Below the pieces are notes generated by a model. It was not told where the DNA came from. It saw only the letters and a list, made by a program, of their open reading frames with translations, and made no database searches. Position numbers and translations under genes: made by a program. Positions 33,395-43,248 of a stretch of DNA of 64,000 nucleotides are shown in pieces; within the stretch, counting starts at the first letter, position 1, and each line of letters starts with the position of its first letter. Location of the stretch: the sequence record NC_048048.2, one strand, 5' to 3'.

Positions 33395-36300
33395 ATGTCC
33401 GATTTGCTCGATTTCGCCGGAGCCCTCACGGGGCTCTATGACGGTCCGATCGCCTTCGATCTCAATGGCGAGCCGTATCCCGCCTCGGAAGCCGAGGCCA
33501 TTACCGCCCAGGAAGGGCAACTCTACATCCAGGCCCTGCAAGAAGACGGCACCGTGCCGTTCGTCTGGGGCATCCAGGACGAGGCCTCGCCGACCGATTG
33601 GAACGCCTGCCGCCTGAAGCCGACGGCTGTCCTGCACCAGGACGGCACGATGATCCTGTTCTGGGCCTTCGACACGCCCATGCCGGCCGAGGCCCTGGGC
33701 TGGGTCGAAGAAGCCTTTGACATGAAGCTCGACGAGCCGGTGCCCACGCCGGGCGCCAACGGCTGGGAACTCGTGCGCCTGGACGCCGAGACCTTCTACA
33801 CCTACGAGGACTTCGAACGCGCCTATGGCGACCCCGCGCCTTCCGACGGCGCGATCTATGCGGCCGTCTCCAAGGCTGACGCCGACAAGGCCGCCCAGGC
33901 CGAGATCGAAGCCCTGGCCGCCGAGGTCCAGGCCGAGCCGCAAGCCAAGCCCAAGAAGAAGGCCGCCGCCAAAAAGAAGGCGCCGGTTAAGGTTAAGGCC
34001 GAAGACGAGGCGCCCTGGGACGAGGAGCCGGTCAAGTACGGCGACGCCTTCATCCGCTCGGCCTACGACGAGAGCAATCCGGTCCTGCATCAGGACATCG
34101 TCGTGACCGTCGGCGCCAACGCCGAGACCTACAACTGGAAGCCCCAGACCATCAAGCTTGGCCAGATGATGGCCATGCTCTGCCAGCACAAGGAGGGCAA
34201 GAAGGACGGTCTGGCCTGGGTGCTGGGCGACATGGTCGCCGGCAAGCGCGGCATCAACTCGGTCAAGACCCTGACCTCGGTCGGCCTCGACATCGACACC
34301 GGCATGAGCGGCGCGGACCTGGACAAGGCCCTCAAGAAGCTTGGCTTGATGGCGGTGCGCTACACCACCCACAGCCACATGAAGTCCCGCACCAAGGTGC
34401 GCAAGGACATCATCCTCAACTGGATCGAGAAGAACCACGCCGGCCTCGACATCGAGGACCCTGAGACGGTCCAACTCTACCTGATCGAGGCCAAGAAGTA
34501 CGAGCCCCAGGTCGTCACCGACGCCAGGATCGTCAGCTACGACCACTCCGATCGCGGCATCGAGGCCGTCATCGAGCACATGCCGATGCCCAAGCACCGG
34601 ATCGTGCTGCCGATGGCCGCGCCCTACGACATCGCCGAGGAGTCCAAGGGCACCTCCCAGAAGGCCGCCCTGGAAAAGTGGCGCCTGATCCCCAAGGCTC
34701 TGGCCCGCGATCTGGGCGACCTGCCGATCGACAAGACCGGCAGCGATCCCAACCGCCTGTTCTACCTGCCGCGTCACGACAAAGGCGCGCCGTTCGAGAT
34801 CAGCCTGTTTGGCGGCGACCTGTTCGACTGGCGCACCATCCAGCTTGTCGATAGCGGCGAGGAACTGGACAAGTTCCTCAACCAGGGCAAGTCCAAGTCG
34901 ACGACGTCCGAAGGTCGCGACCTTGGTCGCTGGTCGATCAAGCGCGCCCACGGCTTCCAGATCGCCGATCTGGTGCGAAGCTTCGCGCCCGAACGCATCC
35001 GCTCCGATACCGGCCTGAAGATCGAGATCGAGTGCCCGTTCGACGAGCATCACTCCAACCCCGGCGATCCCGAGGACCGGGCCTGCATGGCCGTCAACGC
35101 CGGCGACGGTCCGAGCGAAATCTTCACCGTCTCGTGCCGCCACGAGTCGTGCCAGGAGCGTACGAACCTGGACATGGTCGGCAAGATGATCGCCGACGGC
35201 TGGTTCGATCGCGAGGACATCGACAAGGAGGACTTCAACGCCCTCCTCGACGAAGAAGCCGTCGAGAACGCCACGCCCCAGCAGGCCAAGCGGATCGAGG
35301 AAGCCACGCGCATCGAGCTTGAGGATACCGCGCGTGAGGAATACCAGATCAAGGCCGAGGCGATCACCGCCAAGTCGACGGCCGGCGAGATCGAGGACGC
35401 CCTGAAGACGATCCTCGAAGCCAACCTCTCGTCCCTGGACGAGGCGCGGGCCATCGAGATGATCCAGAAGAAGCTGGGCCTGTCCTCGCCGCGCTTCAAG
35501 GCCGAACTCAACCGCATCAAGCGTGAGATCACCGCCAGCAAGGACAAGAAGGGCCAAAAGCAGGTCCAGTTGGACGATGGCAAGCGCCTGATGTTCACCT
35601 ACTCGGGCGAGATCGACTTTCACGCCGCGACCGAGGCCTGCTTTGGCATCCTGCGCGCCAAGAACGAGGAAGAGGGTCTGCCCCATTTCGCGTCCCTGGA
35701 GCATCGGCCCGTCCGCCTGACCCACTCCAAGACCGGCCGCACGCGCTATGACGAAATCTCGTCCAAGACGCTGTGGTCGGAACTGAACAAGTACATCACC
35801 TTCGTCCGCACCACGGACGACGGAGGGTACGGTCCTCGCGCCTCGGTGCCCAAGGAAGTCGGCGATCAGGTCTACGAGACCATCTACGAGGAAATGCCCT
35901 ACGCGCCGGAGATCATCTACACCCCGATCTTCGACAGCAAGGGCCGCCTGATCTCCGAGCCCGGCTATTACGAAGACGAGGGCCTGCTGATCCCGTCCCT
36001 CGACTTCGAGGCGCCGAACGTCCCCGAAGCCCCCTCTGAGGAGGAGGTCAAGGAGGCCGTGCGCCTGCTGGCCGACGAGATGCTGATCGACTTCCCGTTC
36101 TCGGACTACGACAGCAAGGGCGTCGAGCGTCGCGAGCCGTCCAGGGCCAACGCCCTGGCCATGATCCTGACGCCGTTCATGCGCCGGATGATCAATGGCT
36201 GCACGCCGGTCTTCTTCGTCTCCAAGCCGGTCCCCGGCACGGGCGGCACCTATCTCGGGAAGATTCCGATCCTCCTGTTCGATGGGGAAGAGGGCGCTCC

Positions 36301-37099
36301 GATGATCTACACGGAGAACCCGGACGAAATGGCCAAGGCCCTGCTCGCGGGCGCCCTGGCGGCCAAGTCCCACATGTTCTTCGACGACGTCAAGAGCTTC
36401 AACAACCGCGAGATCATGCGCGCGATCACCTCCACCCAGGTGGGTGGTCGCGTCCTGGGCGCCTCGCGCAACATCGAAGTCGCCAACCGGTTCAACTGGA
36501 TCGCCACCGGCAACAACCCGGACATCAAGCCGGAAATGGGCCGTCGCGTCGTCACCATCCGCCTGAACCTGAAGGACGAGGAGATCAACAACCGCGTCTT
36601 CAAGGGCCACCCGAACCTCCACGAGTGGCTCAAGGACAACCGCTCGCAGATCATCGGCGCCATCCTGACCCTGATCCAGCACTGGCAGGTCAACACCAAG
36701 TCCAAGCCGTTCAAGGACCGCAAGCTCGCCTCGTTCGAGGACTGGGCCGAAAAGGTCGGCGGCGTGCTCCAGGCCGCCGGCATCGAAGGTTTCCTCGACA
36801 ATCGCAAGATGGCCGAGGCGGACATGGACGAAGCGGCCACCCGCATGCTGGTCCGCGACTGGTTCAAGAAGTATTCGGATCGCCCGGTGACGGCGAATGA
36901 CCTGTTCGGTCTGGCCGAAGACAATAGTAACGATCTGATCGACGGCAACCCTGAAGACAAGCGTACGCGCAACAAGTTCTTCAAGCACCTAAATCATATC
37001 GAAAACCGCGTTTTCATCATCGGCGCCGCCCGCGTCGTGGTCATCAAGACCATCGACGAGCAGTTGCAGCCGGTCTTCATCCTGCAAATCCAGGACTAA
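33395..37099 (+). CDS. primase-helicase-like replication protein (AEP/RepB-like N-terminus, P-loop-like C-terminus)
   Basis: LDID...YTTHSH...HRIVLP AEP-like motifs; CPF..H...C.H Zn finger; PGTGGT/FFDD P-loop-like region. Confidence 0.7.
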   Translation: MSDLLDFAGALTGLYDGPIAFDLNGEPYPASEAEAITAQEGQLYIQALQEDGTVPFVWGIQDEASPTDWNACRLKPTAVLHQDGTMILFWAFDTPMPAEALGWVEEAFDMKLDEPVPTPGANGWELVRLDAETFYTYEDFERAYGDPAPSDGAIYAAVSKADADKAAQAEIEALAAEVQAEPQAKPKKKAAAKKKAPVKVKAEDEAPWDEEPVKYGDAFIRSAYDESNPVLHQDIVVTVGANAETYNWKPQTIKLGQMMAMLCQHKEGKKDGLAWVLGDMVAGKRGINSVKTLTSVGLDIDTGMSGADLDKALKKLGLMAVRYTTHSHMKSRTKVRKDIILNWIEKNHAGLDIEDPETVQLYLIEAKKYEPQVVTDARIVSYDHSDRGIEAVIEHMPMPKHRIVLPMAAPYDIAEESKGTSQKAALEKWRLIPKALARDLGDLPIDKTGSDPNRLFYLPRHDKGAPFEISLFGGDLFDWRTIQLVDSGEELDKFLNQGKSKSTTSEGRDLGRWSIKRAHGFQIADLVRSFAPERIRSDTGLKIEIECPFDEHHSNPGDPEDRACMAVNAGDGPSEIFTVSCRHESCQERTNLDMVGKMIADGWFDREDIDKEDFNALLDEEAVENATPQQAKRIEEATRIELEDTAREEYQIKAEAITAKSTAGEIEDALKTILEANLSSLDEARAIEMIQKKLGLSSPRFKAELNRIKREITASKDKKGQKQVQLDDGKRLMFTYSGEIDFHAATEACFGILRAKNEEEGLPHFASLEHRPVRLTHSKTGRTRYDEISSKTLWSELNKYITFVRTTDDGGYGPRASVPKEVGDQVYETIYEEMPYAPEIIYTPIFDSKGRLISEPGYYEDEGLLIPSLDFEAPNVPEAPSEEEVKEAVRLLADEMLIDFPFSDYDSKGVERREPSRANALAMILTPFMRRMINGCTPVFFVSKPVPGTGGTYLGKIPILLFDGEEGAPMIYTENPDEMAKALLAGALAAKSHMFFDDVKSFNNREIMRAITSTQVGGRVLGASRNIEVANRFNWIATGNNPDIKPEMGRRVVTIRLNLKDEEINNRVFKGHPNLHEWLKDNRSQIIGAILTLIQHWQVNTKSKPFKDRKLASFEDWAEKVGGVLQAAGIEGFLDNRKMAEADMDEAATRMLVRDWFKKYSDRPVTANDLFGLAEDNSNDLIDGNPEDKRTRNKFFKHLNHIENRVFIIGAARVVVIKTIDEQLQPVFILQIQD

Positions 37100-37104
37100 A
37101 CTAC

Positions 37105-38259
37105 ATGTCCATCTTCCCGCTGATCGAGCACATCGATCAGCTTCTCCCGGCCCTCGCGGGCCGGGAGGAGTTTGTTGTGGCCAAAAAGGACGGCTACACG
37201 GTCATCGACTACCGCTACGTCCTGGCCGACAGTTTCGACGAGCCGCTGCGCCGCGAGTGCCGGGGCATCAAGTTCGACGAGGAGGGCGTGATCATCGCCC
37301 GCCCGCTGCACAAGTTCTTCAACTGGGGCGAAAAGCCAGAGACGGGCTTGCAGCAGGTCGATTTCGCCAAGCCTCATGTCGTCATGGAGAAGATGGACGG
37401 ATCGATGATCCATCCGGCCTTCGTCAAGGACAAGCTGGTCTTCATGACCCGCATGGGCCGCACCGACGTGGCCCTGGAAGCCGAGAGGCTGTTCCTGGAA
37501 GGCAACGACTATCTTCGCCAGGGCCTGATCGAGAGCCTCGTCAGCGGCTTCACGCCGGTGTTCGAGTACATCGGCCCGGACAACCGCATCGTCGAGGCCT
37601 ACGACAAGCCCGAACTGGTGCTGCTTCAGGCGCGTGACATCGCCAACGGCGACTACCTCTCCCTGGACGCCTTGCAGGTCCTGTCCGTCGAATACGGCGT
37701 GCGCGTCGCCCCGACCTATCCGGCCTTCTCCAGGCACGAGGACGTCCTGGCCGTCCACAGCCGCGCCGAGGGCGGCGAAGGCGTGGTCCTGGTGTTCGAG
37801 GACGGCCTGTTCGTCAAGATCAAGACCGACGAGTACCGGCGCCTGCATCGGATCAAGGACGACGTCAGCCGCGAGCACGATCTGGCCCGCCTGATCCTCG
37901 ACGGCCAGATCGACGACGCCCTGCCGTTGTTCGACGAGCGCACCCGCGCCCAGGTCGAAGCCTTCGCCGGCACGCTGATGTCGGCCTATGCCGGCCTCGG
38001 CGATCGTGTCCAGATGCTGGTCACCGCCGGCCAGGACGTCGACCAGAAGACCTTCGCCACGGTGACCCTGAAGGATGCGCCCAACGGCGTGCGCTCGTGC
38101 GCCTTCAGCCTGCGCAAGGACCCCTCGATCGGCGCCGGCAAGGTGGTCCACGACTTCCTGATCGCCCACACCAAGGACGCCAAGGCGTTCGACTCGGTGC
38201 GCGACATGCTGGGCGGCGTGCGCTTCGAGGGCAAGGTCGCCCGCATGGAAGCCGGCTGA
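37105..38259 (+). CDS. RNA ligase 1 (T4 Rnl1-like)
   Basis: ECRGIKF, RPLHKFFN, EKMDGSMI, FEY, NRIV, EGVV, KIK motifs. Confidence 0.9.
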   Translation: MSIFPLIEHIDQLLPALAGREEFVVAKKDGYTVIDYRYVLADSFDEPLRRECRGIKFDEEGVIIARPLHKFFNWGEKPETGLQQVDFAKPHVVMEKMDGSMIHPAFVKDKLVFMTRMGRTDVALEAERLFLEGNDYLRQGLIESLVSGFTPVFEYIGPDNRIVEAYDKPELVLLQARDIANGDYLSLDALQVLSVEYGVRVAPTYPAFSRHEDVLAVHSRAEGGEGVVLVFEDGLFVKIKTDEYRRLHRIKDDVSREHDLARLILDGQIDDALPLFDERTRAQVEAFAGTLMSAYAGLGDRVQMLVTAGQDVDQKTFATVTLKDAPNGVRSCAFSLRKDPSIGAGKVVHDFLIAHTKDAKAFDSVRDMLGGVRFEGKVARMEAG

Positions 38260-38261
38260 CC

Positions 38262-38693
38262 ATGCTGATGGTCATCACGGGACCTCGGGTCAAGATCGCC
38301 CGCGCCTCGGTCCGCAATGTCCTGGACATCCTGTTCCCGGACCCCAGTCAGATCACCATGATCTCCGGCCGCGCCAAGGGCACGGATCAGTTTGGTGAGG
38401 ACTGGGCGCGCGATCGCGGCGCGGGCCTGATCCGCGTCCCGATCGACGACGCCTATGATGGCCACAACCCCTACACCGCGCCCAAGAACCGCAACCAGCG
38501 CATGGTCGATCTGAAGCCGCAATTGTGCGTCGGCTTCCCCGGCCACGGTGGCACCAACGACATGCTCGACCGCTGCCACAAGGCCGGCATGACCGTCTGG
38601 GAAGTCGAGTTCAAGGGCGGGGACTTCGAGGTTTGGCAATGGCCAAACGCCCGTGAACCTAAGGCCCGGCTGATCGCCGCCGGCGCCCACTGA
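38262..38693 (+). CDS. SLOG-family protein (YspA/DUF2493-like)
   Basis: ITG.R, SGRAKGTD, RNQRM, FPG..GT..M motifs. Confidence 0.7.
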   Translation: MLMVITGPRVKIARASVRNVLDILFPDPSQITMISGRAKGTDQFGEDWARDRGAGLIRVPIDDAYDGHNPYTAPKNRNQRMVDLKPQLCVGFPGHGGTNDMLDRCHKAGMTVWEVEFKGGDFEVWQWPNAREPKARLIAAGAH

Positions 38694-38709
38694 CCCCGAG
38701 AAACCATCC

Positions 38710-39894
38710 ATGACCACCGATACCCTCATCGTGGGGCCGCCGCTCTACAAGTACGACAGCAAGGGCAAGCTGCGCGTCTGGCGCATGGAGCAGGAAGGCT
38801 CCAAGCACCGCACCGTCGCCGGCCTCGACGGCGGCGCCCTGACCACCAGCGAGTGGACCCAGTGCGTGGGCAAGCAGAAACGCTCCGACGAGGAGCAGGC
38901 TGCCTTCGAGATCGCCTCGGGCTACGAGTACCAGTTGAAGCGCGAATATTTCGAGACGCCCGAGGCGGCGGCTGGCGAAGCGCGTTTCTTCAAGCCGATG
39001 CTGGCCCAGAAATGGAGCGATCTGGGCTGGGACGGCGCCCAAAAGCGCCTGAAGAAGTCCGGCTGGACCCCGCGCTTCGATGGCGACACCGGCGTCTACG
39101 CCCAGCCCAAGCTCGACGGCTTCTGCTGCATCGCCCAGAAGACCGGCCTGACCTCGCGCGAGGGCCAGCCGATCGTCGCCGTGCCTCACATCATGGAAGC
39201 CCTGGCCGGCTTCTTCGAGGAGTACCCGGACGCGGTCCTCCACGGCGAACTCTACAACCACGTCTTCAAGGACGATTTCGAAACCCTGGTCTCGATCCTG
39301 AAGAAGCAGAAGAACATCTCCGAGGAGCAATATGCCCTCGCTCGCGAGATGGCGCAGTTCCACCTCTACGACTACGCCGCCCCGCACGTGCGCGACGACC
39401 GCTACCCGGATCGCTACGAAGCCCTGGTCGCGCAGACCGCCGAACATGTCGAACTGGCCGACGGCATCCTGCACATCGTGCCGCTGGAGCCGATCACCAG
39501 CGCCGAGCACCTGGAGCAGCACCGCTCCAAGCAGGTCGACCTGGGCTACGAGGGCCAGATGCCCAAGCTTGATCTCTGCGGCTACGAGCAGAAGCGCTCC
39601 TGGAGCGTCCTGAAGAACAAGGTCTTCGACGACGGCGAGTTCGAGGTCGTCGACATCATCGAAGGCAAGGGCAACTACAGCGGCTACGCCAAGCGCGTCA
39701 CCTGCCGCCTGCCAGACGGCCGCACTTTCGGCGCCGGCATCAAGGGCGGCCAGTCGAAGTTCAACAAGGACCTGCTGGGCGAGGCCGGCCAGGAGCAGAA
39801 GGTGGTGACCATCACCCACTTCGGCTGGACCGGCGAAGGCATCCCCCGCATGGGCGTGGCCACCAAGTGGCACGGCGCCGAACGCACCCTCTAA
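38710..39894 (+). CDS. lig: ATP-dependent DNA ligase
   Basis: PMLA, QPKLDG, LHGELY, YD, YEG.M and LK.K motifs; C-terminal OB fold. Confidence 0.9.
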   Translation: MTTDTLIVGPPLYKYDSKGKLRVWRMEQEGSKHRTVAGLDGGALTTSEWTQCVGKQKRSDEEQAAFEIASGYEYQLKREYFETPEAAAGEARFFKPMLAQKWSDLGWDGAQKRLKKSGWTPRFDGDTGVYAQPKLDGFCCIAQKTGLTSREGQPIVAVPHIMEALAGFFEEYPDAVLHGELYNHVFKDDFETLVSILKKQKNISEEQYALAREMAQFHLYDYAAPHVRDDRYPDRYEALVAQTAEHVELADGILHIVPLEPITSAEHLEQHRSKQVDLGYEGQMPKLDLCGYEQKRSWSVLKNKVFDDGEFEVVDIIEGKGNYSGYAKRVTCRLPDGRTFGAGIKGGQSKFNKDLLGEAGQEQKVVTITHFGWTGEGIPRMGVATKWHGAERTL

Positions 39895-39905
39895 GGAGAA
39901 CCACC

Positions 39906-40280
39906 ATGGGTTATGACTACGCCTACAGCGGCACCATCAAGATCACCCCCGAAGTCTCGATGAGGAAGGCCAAGGAGGTCAACCGCTATCAGGACGGCCA
40001 CAACGATCGCTTTGCGCCCCAGCAGTGGTGTGGCCTGGGGATCAACGAGGACGGCGAACTGGAGTACACCGCCGGCGAAGGCCTGTGTGAGGTGGCCGCC
40101 TGGATTACCTACTTCCTCGAAGGTCCGCTCAAGGGCTATACCCTCAACGGCACCATCACCGAGACCTGCGGCGATTTCCAGTCCCAGACCGACATCGAGG
40201 TCGAGGACAACGTCATCTACACCATCGACTACGAAATGCGCCCCGGCCCCAGGGTCCGCTACCCCGCCGAGCCGGTCTAA
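39906..40280 (+). CDS. hypothetical protein
   Basis: AGGAG SD; last rightward gene. Confidence 0.6.
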   Translation: MGYDYAYSGTIKITPEVSMRKAKEVNRYQDGHNDRFAPQQWCGLGINEDGELEYTAGEGLCEVAAWITYFLEGPLKGYTLNGTITETCGDFQSQTDIEVEDNVIYTIDYEMRPGPRVRYPAEPV

Positions 40281-40289
40281 CACCCACGA

Positions 40290-40325
40290 GAAAGGCCCCA
40301 GGATCGCTCCTGGGGCCTTCTTCTT
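40290..40325. terminator. terminator at the convergence of the two transcription blocks
   Basis: AAGGCCCCAGGA-TCGC-TCCTGGGGCCTT-CTTCTT. Confidence 0.75.
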
Positions 40326-40347
40326 ATCTCGCCGCTAGGTCGGTGGC

Positions 40348-40551
40348 CTAGGCCTTTCTCGCAGCCTCCTGGGCGGCGTTCCAGCCCTTGCCCCACGAAA
40401 CGGCCATGGCGTGCTCGACGACGGCGCCGAACAGTCGATAAGGCCGCGCCGCCGACGCCGCGTCCACCGACGTGACCCCGCTCTCGTAGCAGGCCTTGCC
40501 TTCGTCGAAGCAGTCCTGGAAGAACGGGAGCGGCTTGGTTCGCCGAGCCAT
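40348..40551 (-). CDS. hypothetical protein
   Basis: TGATG coupling. Confidence 0.5.
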   Translation of the reverse strand: MARRTKPLPFFQDCFDEGKACYESGVTSVDAASAARPYRLFGAVVEHAMAVSWGKGWNAAQEAARKA

Positions 40552-40910
40552 CAGGCGGCCTGCTTGGCTTCGGCCTTGGTCGCGCTCGACACCCGGCGCT
40601 TGGCGCGAATGACCGCGTCCCGGTCGCCGTTGGCCACCAGGACCGCCTCGCGGATCAGGTCGGCGGCGGCGCGCGACTCGAAGCTTCCGGCTTCGGGCAT
40701 GCCGGGCAGGTTCAGGATGTCGGCGAAGTCGGCCAGCTTGTTGATGACCGCCGGGCGGATGCGTTCGACCAGGGTCGGCGACATGGCGCGCGTGCCCGTG
40801 ATGATGCGCGAGATCAGGCCCTTGTTGAGGCTGGTCGCGGTGGCCACTTCGGACTGCCACATCTGCGCCCAGGCGCGCTGACCGATTTCCTTCAATTGCA
40901 GAGGCGTCAT
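40551..40910 (-). CDS. HTH DNA-binding protein
   Basis: QSEVATATSLNKGLISRIITG HTH-like segment. Confidence 0.6.
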   Translation of the reverse strand: MTPLQLKEIGQRAWAQMWQSEVATATSLNKGLISRIITGTRAMSPTLVERIRPAVINKLADFADILNLPGMPEAGSFESRAAADLIREAVLVANGDRDAVIRAKRRVSSATKAEAKQAA

Positions 40911-40925
40911 CTTTCGGGTCTCCTT

Positions 40926-41513
40926 CTAGGCGAGGTTGCGGCGGATCAGGTCGGCATGTTGGAAAAGGTTCGGCGGTTCGGACTGGCTTCGGTCCTTCCA
41001 GGCGTTCGAGGTCGAGCCAACCTGGACCATGACGCCTTCTCCCCAACGCTCGGCCATGGCGAAGAGTTCACGGCCCAAATCCGTGGGATAGTAGCGGGCC
41101 GTGTAGCCCTGCCATCCAAGGTGGGTGGCCTTGGACCGCACGGCTTGGTTCTTGACCAGACTGGCGATCACCGACCGAACCTTCTCGGGCGGCAACTCGG
41201 CGATCGCGGCGATGTCGCTGATCGAGGCGCCAGGATCGACCTCGCCCTTGGTGCGGCGAATGAGGTTGGCGCGGATCAGGGCGCGGAAGACGGGCACGTG
41301 GGCGATCGTGACCTTGGCCACGCCCCAGGGCGCCCGGATCAGCAGGAACTCACGCCGGGCGCGGTCGCCGGCGGCCTGGACGCGCGCCATCCGTCCGCCG
41401 ATCGGTTCCTGGATCACCTCTTCGAGGCTTTTCGCAGGAACCCTGGCGCGGGCGGGACGATCGGTAACGACCTCGTGGGCGCCGTCGTCGAGAAGGTGTG
41501 CGTCGGTGTTCAT
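40926..41513 (-). CDS. winged-HTH-like protein
   Basis: SISDIAAIAELPPEKVRSVIASLVKNQAV wHTH pattern. Confidence 0.55.
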   Translation of the reverse strand: MNTDAHLLDDGAHEVVTDRPARARVPAKSLEEVIQEPIGGRMARVQAAGDRARREFLLIRAPWGVAKVTIAHVPVFRALIRANLIRRTKGEVDPGASISDIAAIAELPPEKVRSVIASLVKNQAVRSKATHLGWQGYTARYYPTDLGRELFAMAERWGEGVMVQVGSTSNAWKDRSQSEPPNLFQHADLIRRNLA

Positions 41514-41560
41514 GGCGCCCTTTTAGACGGCTTGCGGCAGGCTGTCAACAGATTTCTTGC

Positions 41561-41695
41561 TCAGGTCAACCAGATTATCAGGGGCGCTTTGCCCGGCCGA
41601 CGGACGACCTTGACGATCCCGGCGCTGATCAGGTCCGCATAGAAGACCTCGGGCGGCGGGATTTGGTGCTTGGGGTTCTTGCGGGGAGGCGGCAC
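41561..41695 (-). CDS. small hypothetical protein (44 aa, MPPPRKNPKHQIPPPEVF...)
   Basis: GTG start after an AT-rich promoter region; not in the ORF track. Confidence 0.4.
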   Translation of the reverse strand: MPPPRKNPKHQIPPPEVFYADLISAGIVKVVRRPGKAPLIIWLT

Positions 41696-41782
41696 GGAGG
41701 GCCTTTTATAAGCTATAAAGACAAAACCCTGGGATTGGTGAAAATCCCAGGGAAATCATAGGTTTGCTTATTTATAGACCTG

Positions 41783-42295
41783 CTAGGCTTGAAGCTTCAT
41801 CTGCTGGATGTGGAACTCATAGGAGCCCTTCAGACCCTGTCGGGTGACCTCGGCCATCTCCCTGGCCATGGCGTTTTCGGCCTCGGTCCGGTTGATGTAG
41901 ATCGAGTCGACCATGAGGCAGTCTTCGACGCGATCGTATTCGATCAGGGCGTAGACGACGCCATCCTCGGCGATGTCGCCGGAAATGTGGTTCTGATAAT
42001 AGTGGAACGAACTGTCGCGATCGGGGATGGCGTCCACGAACGACTCGGCCGCCTCGAACGAGCGGAATGGGTCATGGATCGTGATGGCCGGCTCATCGCC
42101 GCTGGCGACTTCGATGACCACCCAGCATGAGGTCTCGGTCCGCAGGATACGGTCGTAGGAGACCCGATGGCCCAGGCGATTTAGGATCATGTCGGCGACG
42201 ACCTCGGGGCCGCCGTTGCCCATGTAGCGAGGGCTGTCGGCGGCCTCCTCGTAGAGGATTTCGATGATCGCGTCGCGGGCTTCTTCACGAGTCAC
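41783..42295 (-). CDS. hypothetical protein
   Basis: Acidic, codon-biased ORF. Confidence 0.55.
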   Translation of the reverse strand: MTREEARDAIIEILYEEAADSPRYMGNGGPEVVADMILNRLGHRVSYDRILRTETSCWVVIEVASGDEPAITIHDPFRSFEAAESFVDAIPDRDSSFHYYQNHISGDIAEDGVVYALIEYDRVEDCLMVDSIYINRTEAENAMAREMAEVTRQGLKGSYEFHIQQMKLQA

Positions 42296-42488
42296 GAGGC
42301 ACCTCGTCGATGATGCGGGCCGCGCTGATCGCCAGATCGCAATAGGCCACGATCTTGCGCTGGCGGGCCGCGCTTGGGGTCGGGCCATCGGCGGCGGCGA
42401 TCGCCTCCACCTCGTCACGCGCATCGCGCAGCGCGTGACGAAGCTGGTTGATCACCGTCTCGTACTGGACGCTGGTCAGGACGGCCAA
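42285..42488 (-). CDS. hypothetical protein
   Basis: Coupled ORF. Confidence 0.55.
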   Translation of the reverse strand: MAVLTSVQYETVINQLRHALRDARDEVEAIAAADGPTPSAARQRKIVAYCDLAISAARIIDEVPRDS

Positions 42489-42490
42489 GG

Positions 42491-43216
42491 TCAGACTTCG
42501 CCGTTCAGGATCGCCACGAGGCGATCCAGACCGATGGCCACCTCGAAGCAGGTGAGCTTACGCGCGCCGTTGATCTCCGGGAAGTCGGTGCGTCGTGACG
42601 TCGAGGCCACTTCCTTCCAGTCGCCCTTCCAGCCCGTCTCGATGTCGATCGTCTCGGTGGCGTAGGCCGGCAGACGATCGCTGGGGATCAGGCGCGCCTG
42701 ATCGCCGACGATCAATTCGACCTCGCGCAGGACGCTTTCACGCACCGGCGTGGCGTAATCGGCCTTGGTGTCCTCGGCGTAGAGGCACTGGAACTCCAGT
42801 TGCCAGAACTGGTTGAAGCGTAGCTTCTCGGCCGTGGCGCCGTCGCTGCTCTCGCGGCGGAACGACGGACCGGCCTGCCAGACGCACAGCGGCGCCTTGA
42901 AGCCCGACTGACGCAGCAGGTGCTCGGCGATCTTGTAGGTGCCCGGCGTGGTCTCCGCGCGCAGCGCGAAAGGCTTGTCGCCCAGGACGCCGGCCAGTTC
43001 GAAGATGTCGCCGCCGTCGTAGGCGCACGAGAAGTCTTCTCGCGGCATCATCAGCGGCGTCTCGACGCGTTCGAAGCGCCAAGCCGAGTTGAGGTCGAGG
43101 AGGGGTCGCGAGACGGCCTCCAGGAGGCGGGCGATCATCTGGTCACGCAGCAGGATTTCCCGCTGCGTCCAGAAGCGCAGGCCACCACTTTGTCGGTTGT
43201 AAAGGGCGTAGCTCAT
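42491..43216 (-). CDS. stand-alone class II aaRS catalytic domain (GlyRS-1-like), no anticodon-binding domain
   Basis: Motif 1 FERVETPL, LRAETT, motif 2 GPSFRRE...RFNQFWQLEFQ, AYATETIDIE, RTDF, motif 3 EVAIGLDRL. Confidence 0.8.
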   Translation of the reverse strand: MSYALYNRQSGGLRFWTQREILLRDQMIARLLEAVSRPLLDLNSAWRFERVETPLMMPREDFSCAYDGGDIFELAGVLGDKPFALRAETTPGTYKIAEHLLRQSGFKAPLCVWQAGPSFRRESSDGATAEKLRFNQFWQLEFQCLYAEDTKADYATPVRESVLREVELIVGDQARLIPSDRLPAYATETIDIETGWKGDWKEVASTSRRTDFPEINGARKLTCFEVAIGLDRLVAILNGEV

Positions 43217-43248
43217 GGGGCTTTCATGTCATGATCCACGACACGCTG

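Noticed and set aside
33281-36988. 1235-aa minus-strand ORF
   Set aside because: Mirror of the primase-helicase gene; typical high-GC shadow ORF
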